Shown here piece after piece: positions 1 through 9,559 of a stretch of 64,000 nt of DNA (position 1 is the stretch's first letter; each line of letters starts with the position of its first letter). Source of the stretch: an uncultured Desulfovibrionaceae bacterium. GTDB taxonomy: Bacteria; Desulfobacterota; Desulfovibrionia; Desulfovibrionales; Desulfovibrionaceae. A program made the position numbers and the translations under genes. Under the pieces are notes generated by a model, which had not been told where the DNA came from, searched no databases, and was given only the letters and a program-made list of their open reading frames with translations. The DNA lies in NCBI GenBank assembly GCA_964371865.1, contig CAYJOR010000002.1, positions 56,465-120,464 on the forward strand, written 5' to 3'.

Positions 1-378
1 AAGTAAAAAAAATTAATTTAAATATACTATTGATAAAGAAAATAAAAACTATCATTCAACATATCAACAATAATTATTTTTTTATGAATTATGCTTGAAC
101 AAGTTGAAATTTATAATTTATAAATATAAATAAATATCTTATAATGGATTAAATAAATAAAATAGATTAAAAACTTGAATACATATTGTTCATATTGGCT
201 TATATTTCTTCAAGTAGTTTGATTTAGTAATATCATAAGATAGTTACAGTGTCAATTCAACTAATATAGTCTTAAAATTATTACTTTATTTTTTATCGAA
301 ATATATTTAAATTACACATCATTAATCAAATTCATTAAGTCAATTAAATAAAAAAAAACAATAATAAAGAGGTTTACA

Positions 379-1044
379 ATGAATAATGAAGATAAAATTC
401 TTAACGCACTCCAACTACAAATTACAAGTGGAAGATTTAAAAGTCTTAATGAACTTGCAGCGTTTTTAGGTTTAACTGAAACTACAAAATCAAAACTTTA
501 CAACGTTTTTAATCGAGATATGAATGCGGGATATAAAACAATTTGTGATTGGTTCGATAAGTTAGGCATTCCTTTACTTATTGCTGATTCAAGCTCTAAT
601 TCAGATGCTTTTCCAACAACTGCACAACAAGTCGAAAACACTACAAAAGATTATAATATCCAACAGATACCTGTGTATGATTTTACAGGGATTGGCGAAA
701 AAACTGAAAATTCAAATGATCCAATCGCATATATTTCTATACTTCCCGAATATAATTTTTCAGAGATGTATTCACTTAAAGTTTCGGGGGACAGTATGTA
801 TCCAAGTATCCCTAAAGATTCATTTGTTGGAATTTGTCCTTATAAGGGAATTCTGCAGGAAGGAGGTGTGTATTTAATAGAAAAAGAAAATATTGGACGC
901 ATACTTAAAAGAATTAAATTAAATTCTGATGGAAAACTAACTTTATTTTCTGACAATCTCGAATATGCTTCAATTCCCCTCGAGAAATTTATACATGAGG
1001 GGAAAATTATTGGTAGAGTAATGTGGGTTTTGCGATTACCATAA
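379..1044 (+). CDS. S24 (LexA / phage CI-type) peptidase-domain repressor
   Basis: 221-aa ORF with AAGAGG SD just upstream of the ATG. N-terminal HTH-like segment (SLNELAAFLGLTETTKSKLYNVF). C-terminal S24 motifs: VSGDSMYP (Ser) and ILKRIK (Lys). The N-terminus is unlike canonical LexA and no Ala-Gly cleavage site was seen. Confidence 0.7.
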   Translation: MNNEDKILNALQLQITSGRFKSLNELAAFLGLTETTKSKLYNVFNRDMNAGYKTICDWFDKLGIPLLIADSSSNSDAFPTTAQQVENTTKDYNIQQIPVYDFTGIGEKTENSNDPIAYISILPEYNFSEMYSLKVSGDSMYPSIPKDSFVGICPYKGILQEGGVYLIEKENIGRILKRIKLNSDGKLTLFSDNLEYASIPLEKFIHEGKIIGRVMWVLRLP

Positions 1045-1071
1045 TATAAAATCATTCCTTGTAAAAAAACA

Positions 1072-1116
1072 ATAAAAAAAGCTTAGATAGAAATCCTACC
1101 TAAGCTTTTTACTTTT
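1072..1116. terminator. Bidirectional intrinsic terminator between the S24 repressor gene and pal
   Basis: Stem AAGCTTAG (1079-1086) / CTAAGCTT (1100-1107). A-run before and T-run after, so it can serve the convergent genes on both strands. Confidence 0.6.
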
Positions 1117-1130
1117 CAAGCTAAATATAA

Positions 1131-1607
1131 TTACTGAGCAATTACACGGAAATTATCACGACGGTTTGCAGCATAAGCAGCTTCACTGTCGCCCATAACT
1201 ACAGGTCTTTCTTTACCGTAGCTGATAATTTCAAGCTGTGATGGATTTACTCCAAGTAATACAAGATATTCATAAGCAGCACGAGCACGGCGTTCACCTA
1301 AAGCAAGGTTGTACTCTTGTGTACCACGAGCATCACAGTTCCCTTCAATACGTACACGAATGTTAGGGTATTGACGCATAAGATCTGCTTTTTGTTGTAA
1401 CATTTGACGGTATTCTTCTTTGATATCATACTTGTTGAACTCAAAATAAATAACACCATCAGTAATTGTTTGCGCAGCTTCTGAAAGCATTGCTTCAGCA
1501 CCGCTCATTGAAGTATCAGTTGGTGCACTTTCGGTTTGTTTTTTTGCACAACCTACTGTAACTGCTAAAGAAAGCATCATAAGAGAAACTAAAAGTAAAC
1601 GTTTCAT
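1131..1607 (-). CDS. pal: Peptidoglycan-associated lipoprotein Pal (OmpA-like domain)
   Basis: Signal peptide plus lipobox MKRLLLVSLMMLSLAVTVGC. OmpA_C motifs: IEGNCDARGTQEYNLALGERRA, NRRDNF. Start trimmed to ATG 1607, which has a GGAG SD; the track ORF ran to 1646. Confidence 0.85.
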   Translation of the reverse strand: MKRLLLVSLMMLSLAVTVGCAKKQTESAPTDTSMSGAEAMLSEAAQTITDGVIYFEFNKYDIKEEYRQMLQQKADLMRQYPNIRVRIEGNCDARGTQEYNLALGERRARAAYEYLVLLGVNPSQLEIISYGKERPVVMGDSEAAYAANRRDNFRVIAQ

Positions 1608-1741
1608 AACTAAACTCCAGTTTAAGTAAAGTAGTTTTTTGCCCACTCCAACGAATGGAATGGGCTATTTTTTATCTTCTATGTAAAGAATTACACAATT
1701 TATTTTAGATGTAAAGTATTTTTATAATTCGAGTAAAAATA

Positions 1742-3991
1742 CTATGAACGACGTGGACGATCACCGTAAGGTTTATCACCACGAGAGCGGTCTCCGCGGT
1801 CTCCGCGTGGGCGATCACCATAAGGTCTATCACCGCGTGGACGTGAAGGTCTAGCTGTTTGTTCAGGAGTCCACTCAATACCGTCTTGCTCTAGAAGAAC
1901 AGCTTTGCGTGATGCACGAACTTTATCGCCATTTATTTCAATAACTTTTACTTCCATCTCTTGACCAACTACACAGAATTCATCAACTTTTTCAACTCTA
2001 CGAGTATCTAATTGAGAAACGTGCACTAAAGCTTCAAGATTAGGTAAGAGTTCAACAATTGCGCCTATTTCCATTATTTTACGTACTTTCGCAGTATAGT
2101 TTTTACCGAGTTCAGCTTTTTGATCGTATGATTGAATCATTTCTTTTGTAGCTTGAAGAGCTGCTGAGTTTGGTGCAAAAATGCTGATTTTTCCGCTATC
2201 GTCAATATCAATTGAAGAATCAGTAGCTTGAGTGATAGCTTTAATGTTTTTACCACCAGGTCCAATGATAAGACGGATAACATCTGGATTGATATCAATT
2301 ACTTCAAATTGTGGAGCATTTGATGATAATTCAGGGCGATACGCTGATAAAGCTTTTGACATTTCTCCAAGGATATGAAGTCTTGCTTCTTTTGCTTGAG
2401 CCATAGCACTTGCCATGATTTCAGTTGTTAAGCCATTGATTTTTATATCCATTTGCACAGCAGTTACGCCTTCAGCAGTACCTGCAATTTTGAAATCCAT
2501 ATCGCCGAGAGCATCTTCATCACCAAGAATATCTGTAAGAACGATGAAATCATCGCCTTCTTGAATAAGACCCATTGCAACACCAGCAACTGGAGCTTTA
2601 ATCGGCACACCAGCGTCCATAAGTGATAAACAACCACCACAAACTGCTGCCATTGATGAAGAACCATTTGATTCTAAGGTATCAGAAACAATACGAATTG
2701 TATAAGGGAATTGTTCTTTCGCAGGAAGAATTGGTTTCAACGCGCGTTCAGCCAAGTGACCATGACCAACTTCACGACGTCCAACTCTTACAGGTTTTAC
2801 TTCACCAACAGAGTATGCTGGGAAGTTGTAGTGAAGCATAAAGTCTTTATATACATCACCATTTAAACCATCATAACGCATTTCATCAGAAGAAGAACCG
2901 AGAGTTGCTGTTACTAATGATTTAGTTTCGCCACGAGCAAAAAGTACAGAACCATGCGCCATTGGAAGAACTGAAGTTTCAATTTCAATTGGACGAACAG
3001 TTTTTGTATCACGTTTGTCGATACGAGTTCCTTCTTTTTGGATACGTGTACGAACAAGTTTTTTCTCAAGGCTATCCAGTACTTCGCCGATAACTTTTTG
3101 AGCTTCTTCGTTTTCAGCCCAATCAGGATCTGCAAGAATTTTTTCTTTAACTGCAACTTTTACTGCTTTACGAGCATCTTTACGAGCTAGTTTTTCAGGT
3201 ATACGAAGAGCTTCTTCCATGCCAGCTTCAAGAGCTAGTTTTTCAACAAAAGCAAGTAATGCTTCATCTTTTTCTTTTGGAACGAAAACTGTTTTTTCTT
3301 TTCCTACTAAAGCAACAAGTTCTTCTTGAGCTTTGATAAGTGGTTGAATTTCTTTATGACCCCATTCAAGAGCTTCAATAATTAAATCTTCAGGTAAAAA
3401 TTCAGCTTCACCTTCAACCATTACTACTGCGTCTTTAGAAGCTGCAAATACGAAATCCATTTCGCTTTTTTCAAGTTCTTGAACAGTTGGGTTCAATACG
3501 AATTGACCATCAACTCTACCAAGTCTTGCACCTGCGATTGGGCCTTCAAAAGGAATGCTTGAAATCATAATTGCTGCTGATGCTGCTGTAATTCCTAAAG
3601 TGTCAGGTAAGTTTTTTTGATCTGCTGAAATTACGCTAGCAAGAACTTGGATTTCATTTCCGTAACCTTTTGGAAATAAAGGACGAATCGGTCTATCAAT
3701 AAGACGAGAAACTAAAGTTTCGTTATCAGAAGGTTTACCTACTTCACGTCTAAAGAAGTTACCAGGAATTCTACCTGCTGCATACATTTTTTCAGAGTAT
3801 TCTACTGTTAAAGGAAAGAAATCTTTAGGAGTATCAAGTACTTGTTCACATACTGTTACAAGAGCTACTGTTCCTTCACATTGAATCCAGATTGCACCTG
3901 CTGCTTGACGAGCAAGTCTACCTGTTTCTAAAATAACTTCTTTACCGCCAACTTGACACGTTACGCGTGTTCCGTTTAATAGTTGAGACAT
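1742..3991 (-). CDS. pnp: Polynucleotide phosphorylase (polyribonucleotide nucleotidyltransferase)
   Basis: 749 aa with two RNase PH domains, KH and S1. Classic rpsO-pnp synteny. Carries an extra Arg/Gly/Asp-rich C-terminal tail. Confidence 0.97.
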   Translation of the reverse strand: MSQLLNGTRVTCQVGGKEVILETGRLARQAAGAIWIQCEGTVALVTVCEQVLDTPKDFFPLTVEYSEKMYAAGRIPGNFFRREVGKPSDNETLVSRLIDRPIRPLFPKGYGNEIQVLASVISADQKNLPDTLGITAASAAIMISSIPFEGPIAGARLGRVDGQFVLNPTVQELEKSEMDFVFAASKDAVVMVEGEAEFLPEDLIIEALEWGHKEIQPLIKAQEELVALVGKEKTVFVPKEKDEALLAFVEKLALEAGMEEALRIPEKLARKDARKAVKVAVKEKILADPDWAENEEAQKVIGEVLDSLEKKLVRTRIQKEGTRIDKRDTKTVRPIEIETSVLPMAHGSVLFARGETKSLVTATLGSSSDEMRYDGLNGDVYKDFMLHYNFPAYSVGEVKPVRVGRREVGHGHLAERALKPILPAKEQFPYTIRIVSDTLESNGSSSMAAVCGGCLSLMDAGVPIKAPVAGVAMGLIQEGDDFIVLTDILGDEDALGDMDFKIAGTAEGVTAVQMDIKINGLTTEIMASAMAQAKEARLHILGEMSKALSAYRPELSSNAPQFEVIDINPDVIRLIIGPGGKNIKAITQATDSSIDIDDSGKISIFAPNSAALQATKEMIQSYDQKAELGKNYTAKVRKIMEIGAIVELLPNLEALVHVSQLDTRRVEKVDEFCVVGQEMEVKVIEINGDKVRASRKAVLLEQDGIEWTPEQTARPSRPRGDRPYGDRPRGDRGDRSRGDKPYGDRPRRS

Positions 3992-4140
3992 AAATCTCCT
4001 TGGCTATAAGCCAAATTTAAAATGTTTTCTCTCGAGGAGACTTCAATAAAAATAACAAGAATTCTTGCTACTTTTGTGAACTCTCCTCTCTTCCCGTGCA
4101 TTATATTATGAACCAGAGCTATAACACATCAGTTTAACAT

Positions 4141-4172
4141 ACAAAATTGGAAGTGAGCATACACCCACTTCC
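4141..4172 (-). terminator. rpsO terminator / pnp leader hairpin
   Basis: On the minus strand: GGAAGTG-loop-CACTTCC (4149-4172) followed by AATTTTGT. Lies immediately after the rpsO stop. Confidence 0.6.
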
Positions 4173-4185
4173 AATATACATTCAA

Positions 4186-4449
4186 TTACTTACGTAAGCC
4201 TAATTTAGCAATAAGATCACGATAGCGTTGAACATCTACTTTCTTCAAGTAGTTCAAAAGCTTACGGCGTTTACCAACAAGTTTTAAAAGACCTGTACGT
4301 GAGTGAAAGTCTTTTTTGTGGGTTTTGAAGTGCTCTGTTAAGTCTTCGATACGAGCTGTTAACAATGCTACTTGTACTTCTGCCGAACCGGTATCACCTT
4401 CGTGTTTAGCGTGAGCGTCAATAACCGATTTTTTTTGATTTACATCCAT
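4186..4449 (-). CDS. rpsO: 30S ribosomal protein S15
   Basis: [51 protein letters not shown]... is typical S15. Start trimmed to ATG 4449, which is preceded by AAGGAGGA. Confidence 0.95.
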   Translation of the reverse strand: MDVNQKKSVIDAHAKHEGDTGSAEVQVALLTARIEDLTEHFKTHKKDFHSRTGLLKLVGKRRKLLNYLKKVDVQRYRDLIAKLGLRK

Positions 4450-4475
4450 GACCACAGCGATTCCTCCTTCATGGG

Positions 4476-5402
4476 CTATAGGTTTTGCCATAAACCTCTA
4501 AGTACAGTCCATACTGGTTTTGAGTAACCTTCTTGATACTTTGCTTCCATAAGTGCTAAGGGCTGTTTATCCTCTGTCTCAAAAAACGCACGATCACCAA
4601 ACTCTACTGAAATTGATGTTCCCTGTTTTTCAAGCATTTCATGAGGAATTACCTTACCATTACAGACATCGTCAGATATATCTTCATTGCAAGTTACTAC
4701 TTGCCAATCAAGGATTGACGACAAAGGTTTCAGGTTAGTCAAAAGTAATTCAGGATTTTCTATTAAATCGTCCAAATTACACGCATCTTCTATACCAAAA
4801 GGATGGCTATATGTTCGAGTGAGCTTGGTTAGGCAAGCGCCACAACCTAGACGTGACCCCAAGCTGTGGGCCAGGGAACGTATATAAGTGCCGCTTGAAC
4901 ACTCTACTCGAAATCGCAGAAACGGGATATCCAAACAAAGAATATCTGCCTGCGAAATTTTAATTTCTTTCACTTTGACGGGAACATCTTTCCCCTCACG
5001 CGCTAGTTTATAAAGAGCTTGCCCTTTATGTTTTGCCGCTGAATAGGATGGCACAATTTGACTTGTGCTCCCCTTCCAATATTCAACTTCTTTTTCTATG
5101 TCTTCTTTTGTGACCGAACTAAAATCGTTCTCTTCAAGAACACTACCTTCAATATCCCAAGTATCAGTCACTTTTCCAAGCTCAAGCTCGCCATCGTAGG
5201 CTTTCTTGCCGCCTTCAAGTAAATAGTTAGAAAGTTTTGTTCCTTGACCAAGAAGCACTAAAAGCACACCTGTAGCCATAGGATCCAAAGTTCCTGCATG
5301 ACCTATCTTTTTTTGTCCAAGCCTTTTAATTCTATTAAGAACCCCTGCAGAAGTCATTCCTGCTGGCTTGTTTACTATTAATACACCGTCTAACTGTTTC
5401 AT
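4476..5402 (-). CDS. truB: tRNA pseudouridine(55) synthase TruB
   Basis: [16 protein letters not shown]...[19 protein letters not shown] catalytic Asp motif. truB-rpsO-pnp synteny. Confidence 0.93.
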   Translation of the reverse strand: MKQLDGVLIVNKPAGMTSAGVLNRIKRLGQKKIGHAGTLDPMATGVLLVLLGQGTKLSNYLLEGGKKAYDGELELGKVTDTWDIEGSVLEENDFSSVTKEDIEKEVEYWKGSTSQIVPSYSAAKHKGQALYKLAREGKDVPVKVKEIKISQADILCLDIPFLRFRVECSSGTYIRSLAHSLGSRLGCGACLTKLTRTYSHPFGIEDACNLDDLIENPELLLTNLKPLSSILDWQVVTCNEDISDDVCNGKVIPHEMLEKQGTSISVEFGDRAFFETEDKQPLALMEAKYQEGYSKPVWTVLRGLWQNL

Positions 5403-5535
5403 ATCCGCAAAATATTACACAAAATTTCAATTTCGTCTACTCTTTTTTTAACAATTGTTTTCAAGATGTTAGACATTTTTATTTATATTTTTTAAATATT
5501 TTTAAACTTATTAGAATTAGGATCACAGGCAAGCA

Positions 5536-5570
5536 CAAAAAAAACGCCTATTGAAATCTAATAAGCGTTT
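5536..5570 (-). terminator. Intrinsic terminator after the flagellin / 80-aa ORF unit
   Basis: Minus strand: AACGCTTATT...AATAGGCGTT stem followed by a run of T (A-run 5536-5544 on plus). Confidence 0.5.
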
Positions 5571-5591
5571 ATTATTATAGAATGTTATAAA

Positions 5592-5834
5592 TTATTTTTT
5601 GTAAAAGTAGTGTTCACCTGCCGATGTGATTTCAATATCCTGACTGATTGCCTCTTCTATTATACAGTAACCATAATTTAACCATTCATCAAGAGCATCA
5701 AGGAGTTGATCTCTTGTAAAACCTGCTTTTTCTCCTTGGATAAGCATGTGAGGAAACCTTCCTCGTGGCAAAGGATAAGGTGCTGTCATTATAGCTCTTT
5801 TAAGCCATTGTTCTGCTTGAGAGTTTGAGTACAT
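5592..5834 (-). CDS. Hypothetical 80-aa protein, apparently co-transcribed with flagellin
   Basis: Starts 20 nt after the flagellin stop, behind a purine-rich stretch. Followed by a terminator. I recognise no family. Confidence 0.45.
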   Translation of the reverse strand: MYSNSQAEQWLKRAIMTAPYPLPRGRFPHMLIQGEKAGFTRDQLLDALDEWLNYGYCIIEEAISQDIEITSAGEHYFYKK

Positions 5835-5854
5835 TTCTTCTCTGCGCTTTTTTT

Positions 5855-6751
5855 TTATTTTTGTAGAATATCGAGGGCCATTTTTACAGTTGTGTTCGCT
5901 TGTGTGATAATCGTACCTGCTGTATTTGTTAGAATTTGTTGTTTTGTAAAGTTAGTCATTTCCTCTGCAACATCTACATCTGTTATACTTGAAATTCCTG
6001 CTGTTGTGCTTTCCGCTTTGAATGTAAGCTGGTTCACAACTGATTCTAATCTGTTTTGCAAGCCGCCAAGGTTTGCTCTTATCATATTTTTTGAGCCAAT
6101 AGCAACGTCAAGTGCTAAAAGCGCATTTGCAGCTCCTTCTTGCGTGCTGATAGAAAAGCCCATTGAACCGGCTGTTGAACCATTTCCTAATCCATACGCT
6201 TCAGCAGTGCTATCGCCTATTTGCAGATATGTATAATCTTTAATTGGTTGGTTTGTATCACCGTATTGAATTTTAAGCATTCCCTCAGGATCATTGAAGA
6301 AACCACCGAGATATTCATCTGCTGAAATGTTACCGTTTAGTAGTTTTATATTATTGAACTCAGTTGCATTTGCTATACGTGTTATTTCAGCTGCCATTGC
6401 TTGATATTCACTATCAATGATTCCTCTTTGAATTGAATCATATGTTCCTGTAGCCGCTTGTTCAGCAAGTTCTTTCATACGGATTAATTTTTCATCAATA
6501 ATCTGGAGTGAGCCGTCAGCGACTTGCACAAGAGAAATTGCATCATTTGCGTTTCTCGCGCCTTGTTGTAGCGCACTTACTTCTGCTCGCATAAATTGAG
6601 CTTGCGCATACGCTGAAGGATCATCAGCTGAAGTGCTTATCTTCAATCCAGAAGCAAGTTTTTCTATTGAAGTACCTAGATTACTGTAAAATGTCGACAT
6701 TGAATGTGTTGAATATAGCATACTCATCGGATTATTTATACTAAATGACAT
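5855..6751 (-). CDS. Flagellin
   Basis: Conserved flagellin N-terminus (LASGLKISTSADDPSAYAQAQFMRAEVSALQQGARNANDAISLVQVADGSL) and C-terminus (RANLGGLQNRLESVVNQL...EMTNFTKQQILTNTAGTIITQAN). Start set at ATG 6751 with a GAGG SD 7 nt upstream; the track used GTG 6763. Confidence 0.9.
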   Translation of the reverse strand: MSFSINNPMSMLYSTHSMSTFYSNLGTSIEKLASGLKISTSADDPSAYAQAQFMRAEVSALQQGARNANDAISLVQVADGSLQIIDEKLIRMKELAEQAATGTYDSIQRGIIDSEYQAMAAEITRIANATEFNNIKLLNGNISADEYLGGFFNDPEGMLKIQYGDTNQPIKDYTYLQIGDSTAEAYGLGNGSTAGSMGFSISTQEGAANALLALDVAIGSKNMIRANLGGLQNRLESVVNQLTFKAESTTAGISSITDVDVAEEMTNFTKQQILTNTAGTIITQANTTVKMALDILQK

Positions 6752-6831
6752 CGCAAACCTCACATTGATATCAGGTTGATAGAATGATATCAGGAAAATT
6801 TTTCTTTAATTAAACTACTTTGTGAGATTAA

Positions 6832-6847
6832 TGCAAATTTGATACCA
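6832..6847 (-). promoter_or_regulatory. Candidate sigma54 (-24/-12) promoter of flagellin
   Basis: Minus strand reads TGGTAT-CAAAT-TTGCA (GG-N10-GC spacing), about 80 nt upstream of the flagellin ATG. Confidence 0.5.
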
Positions 6848-6891
6848 AAAAAATTATTATGTAACTCTAAAAATTTAATACTTTTTAGACC

Positions 6892-7701
6892 TTACAAAAA
6901 AAGTAATAAACTCAATGCCATAACAAACATACCTGAAATTAGCCCATACATAGATAGATGATGTTCACCATATTCACGAGCTGCCGGCAAAAGTTCATCT
7001 AGACTGATAAATACCATAATTCCTGCTACAGAAGCAAATACAAATCCAAAAACTGTGTCTGTGAGAAAATTGTAGAGAAGAAAATACCCTATCAAAGCAC
7101 CAAAGGGTTCTGCGAGTCCGGAAAAAAATGACAATTTAAAAGCTTTTTTCTTACTTCCTGTTGCATAATAAATTGGCACTGCAACAGCTATCCCTTCAGG
7201 AATATTATGTATTGCAATTGCGACTGCGATTGGTATTCCCATTTGAGGATCTGATAGAGTTGCTGTAAAAGTTGCAAACCCCTCAGGAAAGTTGTGAATT
7301 GCTATAGCTAAAGCAGTGAAGACTCCCATCCTCATTAATTTTGCTTTATGTTCTTCATCATTTCCGTCCATTTCCTCAACGGTGTGAATCTCGTGTGGGT
7401 TTCCCATACTTGGAACAAAGCTATCAATTACAGCAATAAAAAGTATTCCAAAAAAGAAACCGGCAGCAGTTATCCACACCCCAAGAGTTTCACCAAGTTC
7501 GGCGGTAAGCAAGATTTTTGCCTTAAAAAATATTTCAACGAATGAAACGTATATCATTACTCCGGCTGAAAAACCAAGCGCAAGAGAAAGAAACTTTGTG
7601 TTAGTCTTGTTAGTGAGAAGAGATAGTGCGCTGCCAATACCCGTTGAAAGACCTGCAAATAATGTCAACGAAAATGCAAACAAGATAGATGAATTTTCCA
7701 T
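6892..7701 (-). CDS. zupT: ZIP-family zinc transporter ZupT
   Basis: Polytopic protein with ZIP motifs: [10 protein letters not shown] and [13 protein letters not shown] 7701 preceded by GAGG; the track extension starts at a TTG. Confidence 0.85.
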   Translation of the reverse strand: MENSSILFAFSLTLFAGLSTGIGSALSLLTNKTNTKFLSLALGFSAGVMIYVSFVEIFFKAKILLTAELGETLGVWITAAGFFFGILFIAVIDSFVPSMGNPHEIHTVEEMDGNDEEHKAKLMRMGVFTALAIAIHNFPEGFATFTATLSDPQMGIPIAVAIAIHNIPEGIAVAVPIYYATGSKKKAFKLSFFSGLAEPFGALIGYFLLYNFLTDTVFGFVFASVAGIMVFISLDELLPAAREYGEHHLSMYGLISGMFVMALSLLLFL

Positions 7702-7805
7702 AATTATAGTCCTCACTTTCAAATCTTATTCAAAGATAGAAACAAAGAAAACCTTTAATGTCAATAATTATAACTTGGGTAGCATTTGAAAGAAAAAAGC
7801 TAATT

Positions 7806-8789
7806 CTAATAAGTCGAAACTATTTCAATATCAACTAATTGTCCTTTATATAAATTTTCATCAAAGAAAGTATCAATTTTGAGATCAGTATTTTTAAGTT
7901 TCACTCTTGTAGATTTACCGTGAGCGGCTATTTCTTCAACTGTATACTTACCTGTTTCTGATGGAATTAATTGAATTTTGTTTGGTCGAATATAAATTTC
8001 TTCTAAGTCGTCATATATTTTAGATAGATGAATATCTCCATACTCTGTTTTAAAGGTATTGTTTATAAGTTTACCCTTAATAGAATTGTATTCACCCATA
8101 AAATGTGCTGTTTTTTCTTTTTTTGGTGCATAGTAAATATCACGAGGTGGTGCAGATTCTATAATTTTTCCTTGATGCAAGTAAAGAACTTCATTCGCAA
8201 GTGTGAGGCTTTCCTCTATATCATGAGTAACAAAAATAATTGTGAGAGATAACTCTTTTTGAAGCTTTAGAAGCAATTCACCAAGCTCAATACGTAAATT
8301 ATAGTCAAGACTAGAAAAAGGCTCATCAAGTAAGAGAAATTTAGGTGATAAAATCAATGAACGAGCAAGTGCAACTCTTTGTTTTTGCCCTCCCGATAAT
8401 TCAGAAGGCATTCTCGATTTCAATTCTTCAATATGAAGATATTTCATATACTTATCACACATCATTGTGATAAGTTCTTTATCCATTTTTTTTACTTTCA
8501 AACTATAACAAACATTATCCTCCACAGTCATATGTGGAAAAAGTAGCGGTTCTTGAAAAATATAACCTATGTTACGGTTTTTTATTGGATTATTTGTAAT
8601 ATCTTTATTATTAAGTTCTATTCTTCCAGAAGTTGGAGATTCAATTCCAGATATAATCTTTAAAAACGTGGACTTACCACTTCCAGAAGCTCCAAGAACA
8701 GCATAGAATTTATTTTCTTCAATTTCAAAATTAATAGTATCTAAAACAGTTTTTTTGTTATAGAGTTTACAAATATCAATAATTTTCAT
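7806..8789 (-). CDS. ABC importer ATP-binding protein (PotA/FbpC-like, with C-terminal regulatory/TOBE-like extension)
   Basis: Walker A GASGSGKST, signature LSGGQKQRV, Walker B LLLDEP, H-loop VTHD. Confidence 0.9.
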   Translation of the reverse strand: MKIIDICKLYNKKTVLDTINFEIEENKFYAVLGASGSGKSTFLKIISGIESPTSGRIELNNKDITNNPIKNRNIGYIFQEPLLFPHMTVEDNVCYSLKVKKMDKELITMMCDKYMKYLHIEELKSRMPSELSGGQKQRVALARSLILSPKFLLLDEPFSSLDYNLRIELGELLLKLQKELSLTIIFVTHDIEESLTLANEVLYLHQGKIIESAPPRDIYYAPKKEKTAHFMGEYNSIKGKLINNTFKTEYGDIHLSKIYDDLEEIYIRPNKIQLIPSETGKYTVEEIAAHGKSTRVKLKNTDLKIDTFFDENLYKGQLVDIEIVSTY

Positions 8790-8797
8790 ATCAAACC

Positions 8798-9559
8798 TTA
8801 GTGTAATTGGCTATGTTTATTGATAAAAAGACTAGAGAGAGTAAATACAATCAAGTTTATCAACAGGAAGGTTATACTTATCAAAGCTGAATTTTGCAAG
8901 TCAAATCCTGCGATAAAAGGATAATAAATTCCCGATAAAGTAACAACTACACCTCCACCTATTAAAAAGGTAGCAAAATATTCTGACAAAGATATTAAAA
9001 ATGTTATGCTCAATGAGAGTGCAATTCCAGAACTCAGCAAAGGTAAAAGAATTTTTCTAAAAGTATATAAAGGACTTGCACCTAATATTTCAGATATATT
9101 TTCATAATCTTTTGAAATACCGGACCAAAATGTAATCGCTATATTTATTGAATACGGCAATGTAAGAAAAAGTTGCGCAGTTAGAACACCAACAATTGTA
9201 TTTGCTAAGAATATTCGTAGCATAACCATATGTATACCTATAAATAACGATATAGCAGGAAAAAGCAAAGGAATAGTAAAAAAACCAATGAGAAATTGTT
9301 TTCCTCGAAAATTCAACCTAACCAAACCTCTACCGATTATGAATCCAAAAACTGTTGAAATTACAGCACACAACACACCTAAACTTATACTGGAAATAAG
9401 ACTTTCAAGGAAAATACTATTGTTAAATATAAGATTAAAAAGATAGTCAAATGAATATGATTTTGGAATAATCATCGGAAATGGATACGCGACAACTATT
9501 GAAAATAATAAAGATAATAAAAATGCACACAGCACAAATGAAAGACTAATCAACTTCAT
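8798..9559 (-). CDS. ABC importer permease
   Basis: Six-helix-like hydrophobic protein. EAA-like loop (ENISEILGASPLYTFRKILLPLL). 4-nt overlap with the upstream permease gene. Confidence 0.8.
   Translation of the reverse strand: MKLISLSFVLCAFLLSLLFSIVVAYPFPMIIPKSYSFDYLFNLIFNNSIFLESLISSISLGVLCAVISTVFGFIIGRGLVRLNFRGKQFLIGFFTIPLLFPAISLFIGIHMVMLRIFLANTIVGVLTAQLFLTLPYSINIAITFWSGISKDYENISEILGASPLYTFRKILLPLLSSGIALSLSITFLISLSEYFATFLIGGGVVVTLSGIYYPFIAGFDLQNSALISITFLLINLIVFTLSSLFINKHSQLH

Noticed and set aside
379-1044. Calling this gene lexA (SOS regulator)
   Set aside because: The N-terminal DNA-binding region does not resemble canonical LexA. No Ala-Gly cleavage site or SOS box was seen. Kept as a generic S24 repressor.
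1641-1673. GCCCA...TGGGC hairpin plus T-run between pal and pnp as the pnp terminator
   Set aside because: The T-run follows the hairpin only on the plus strand, while both flanking genes are on the minus strand. It cannot be called an intrinsic terminator for pnp. It may be a processing or stability hairpin, or it may stop antisense transcription.
5892-6236. 114-aa ORF antisense to flagellin, plus the other nested or antisense track ORFs (e.g. 581-877, 840-1055, 2464-2667, 29986-30348, 33583-33909, 38458-38757, 56104-56451)
   Set aside because: All lie wholly inside much longer ORFs with clear family signatures on the other strand or frame. Their sequences are low-complexity with no recognisable motifs or RBS.
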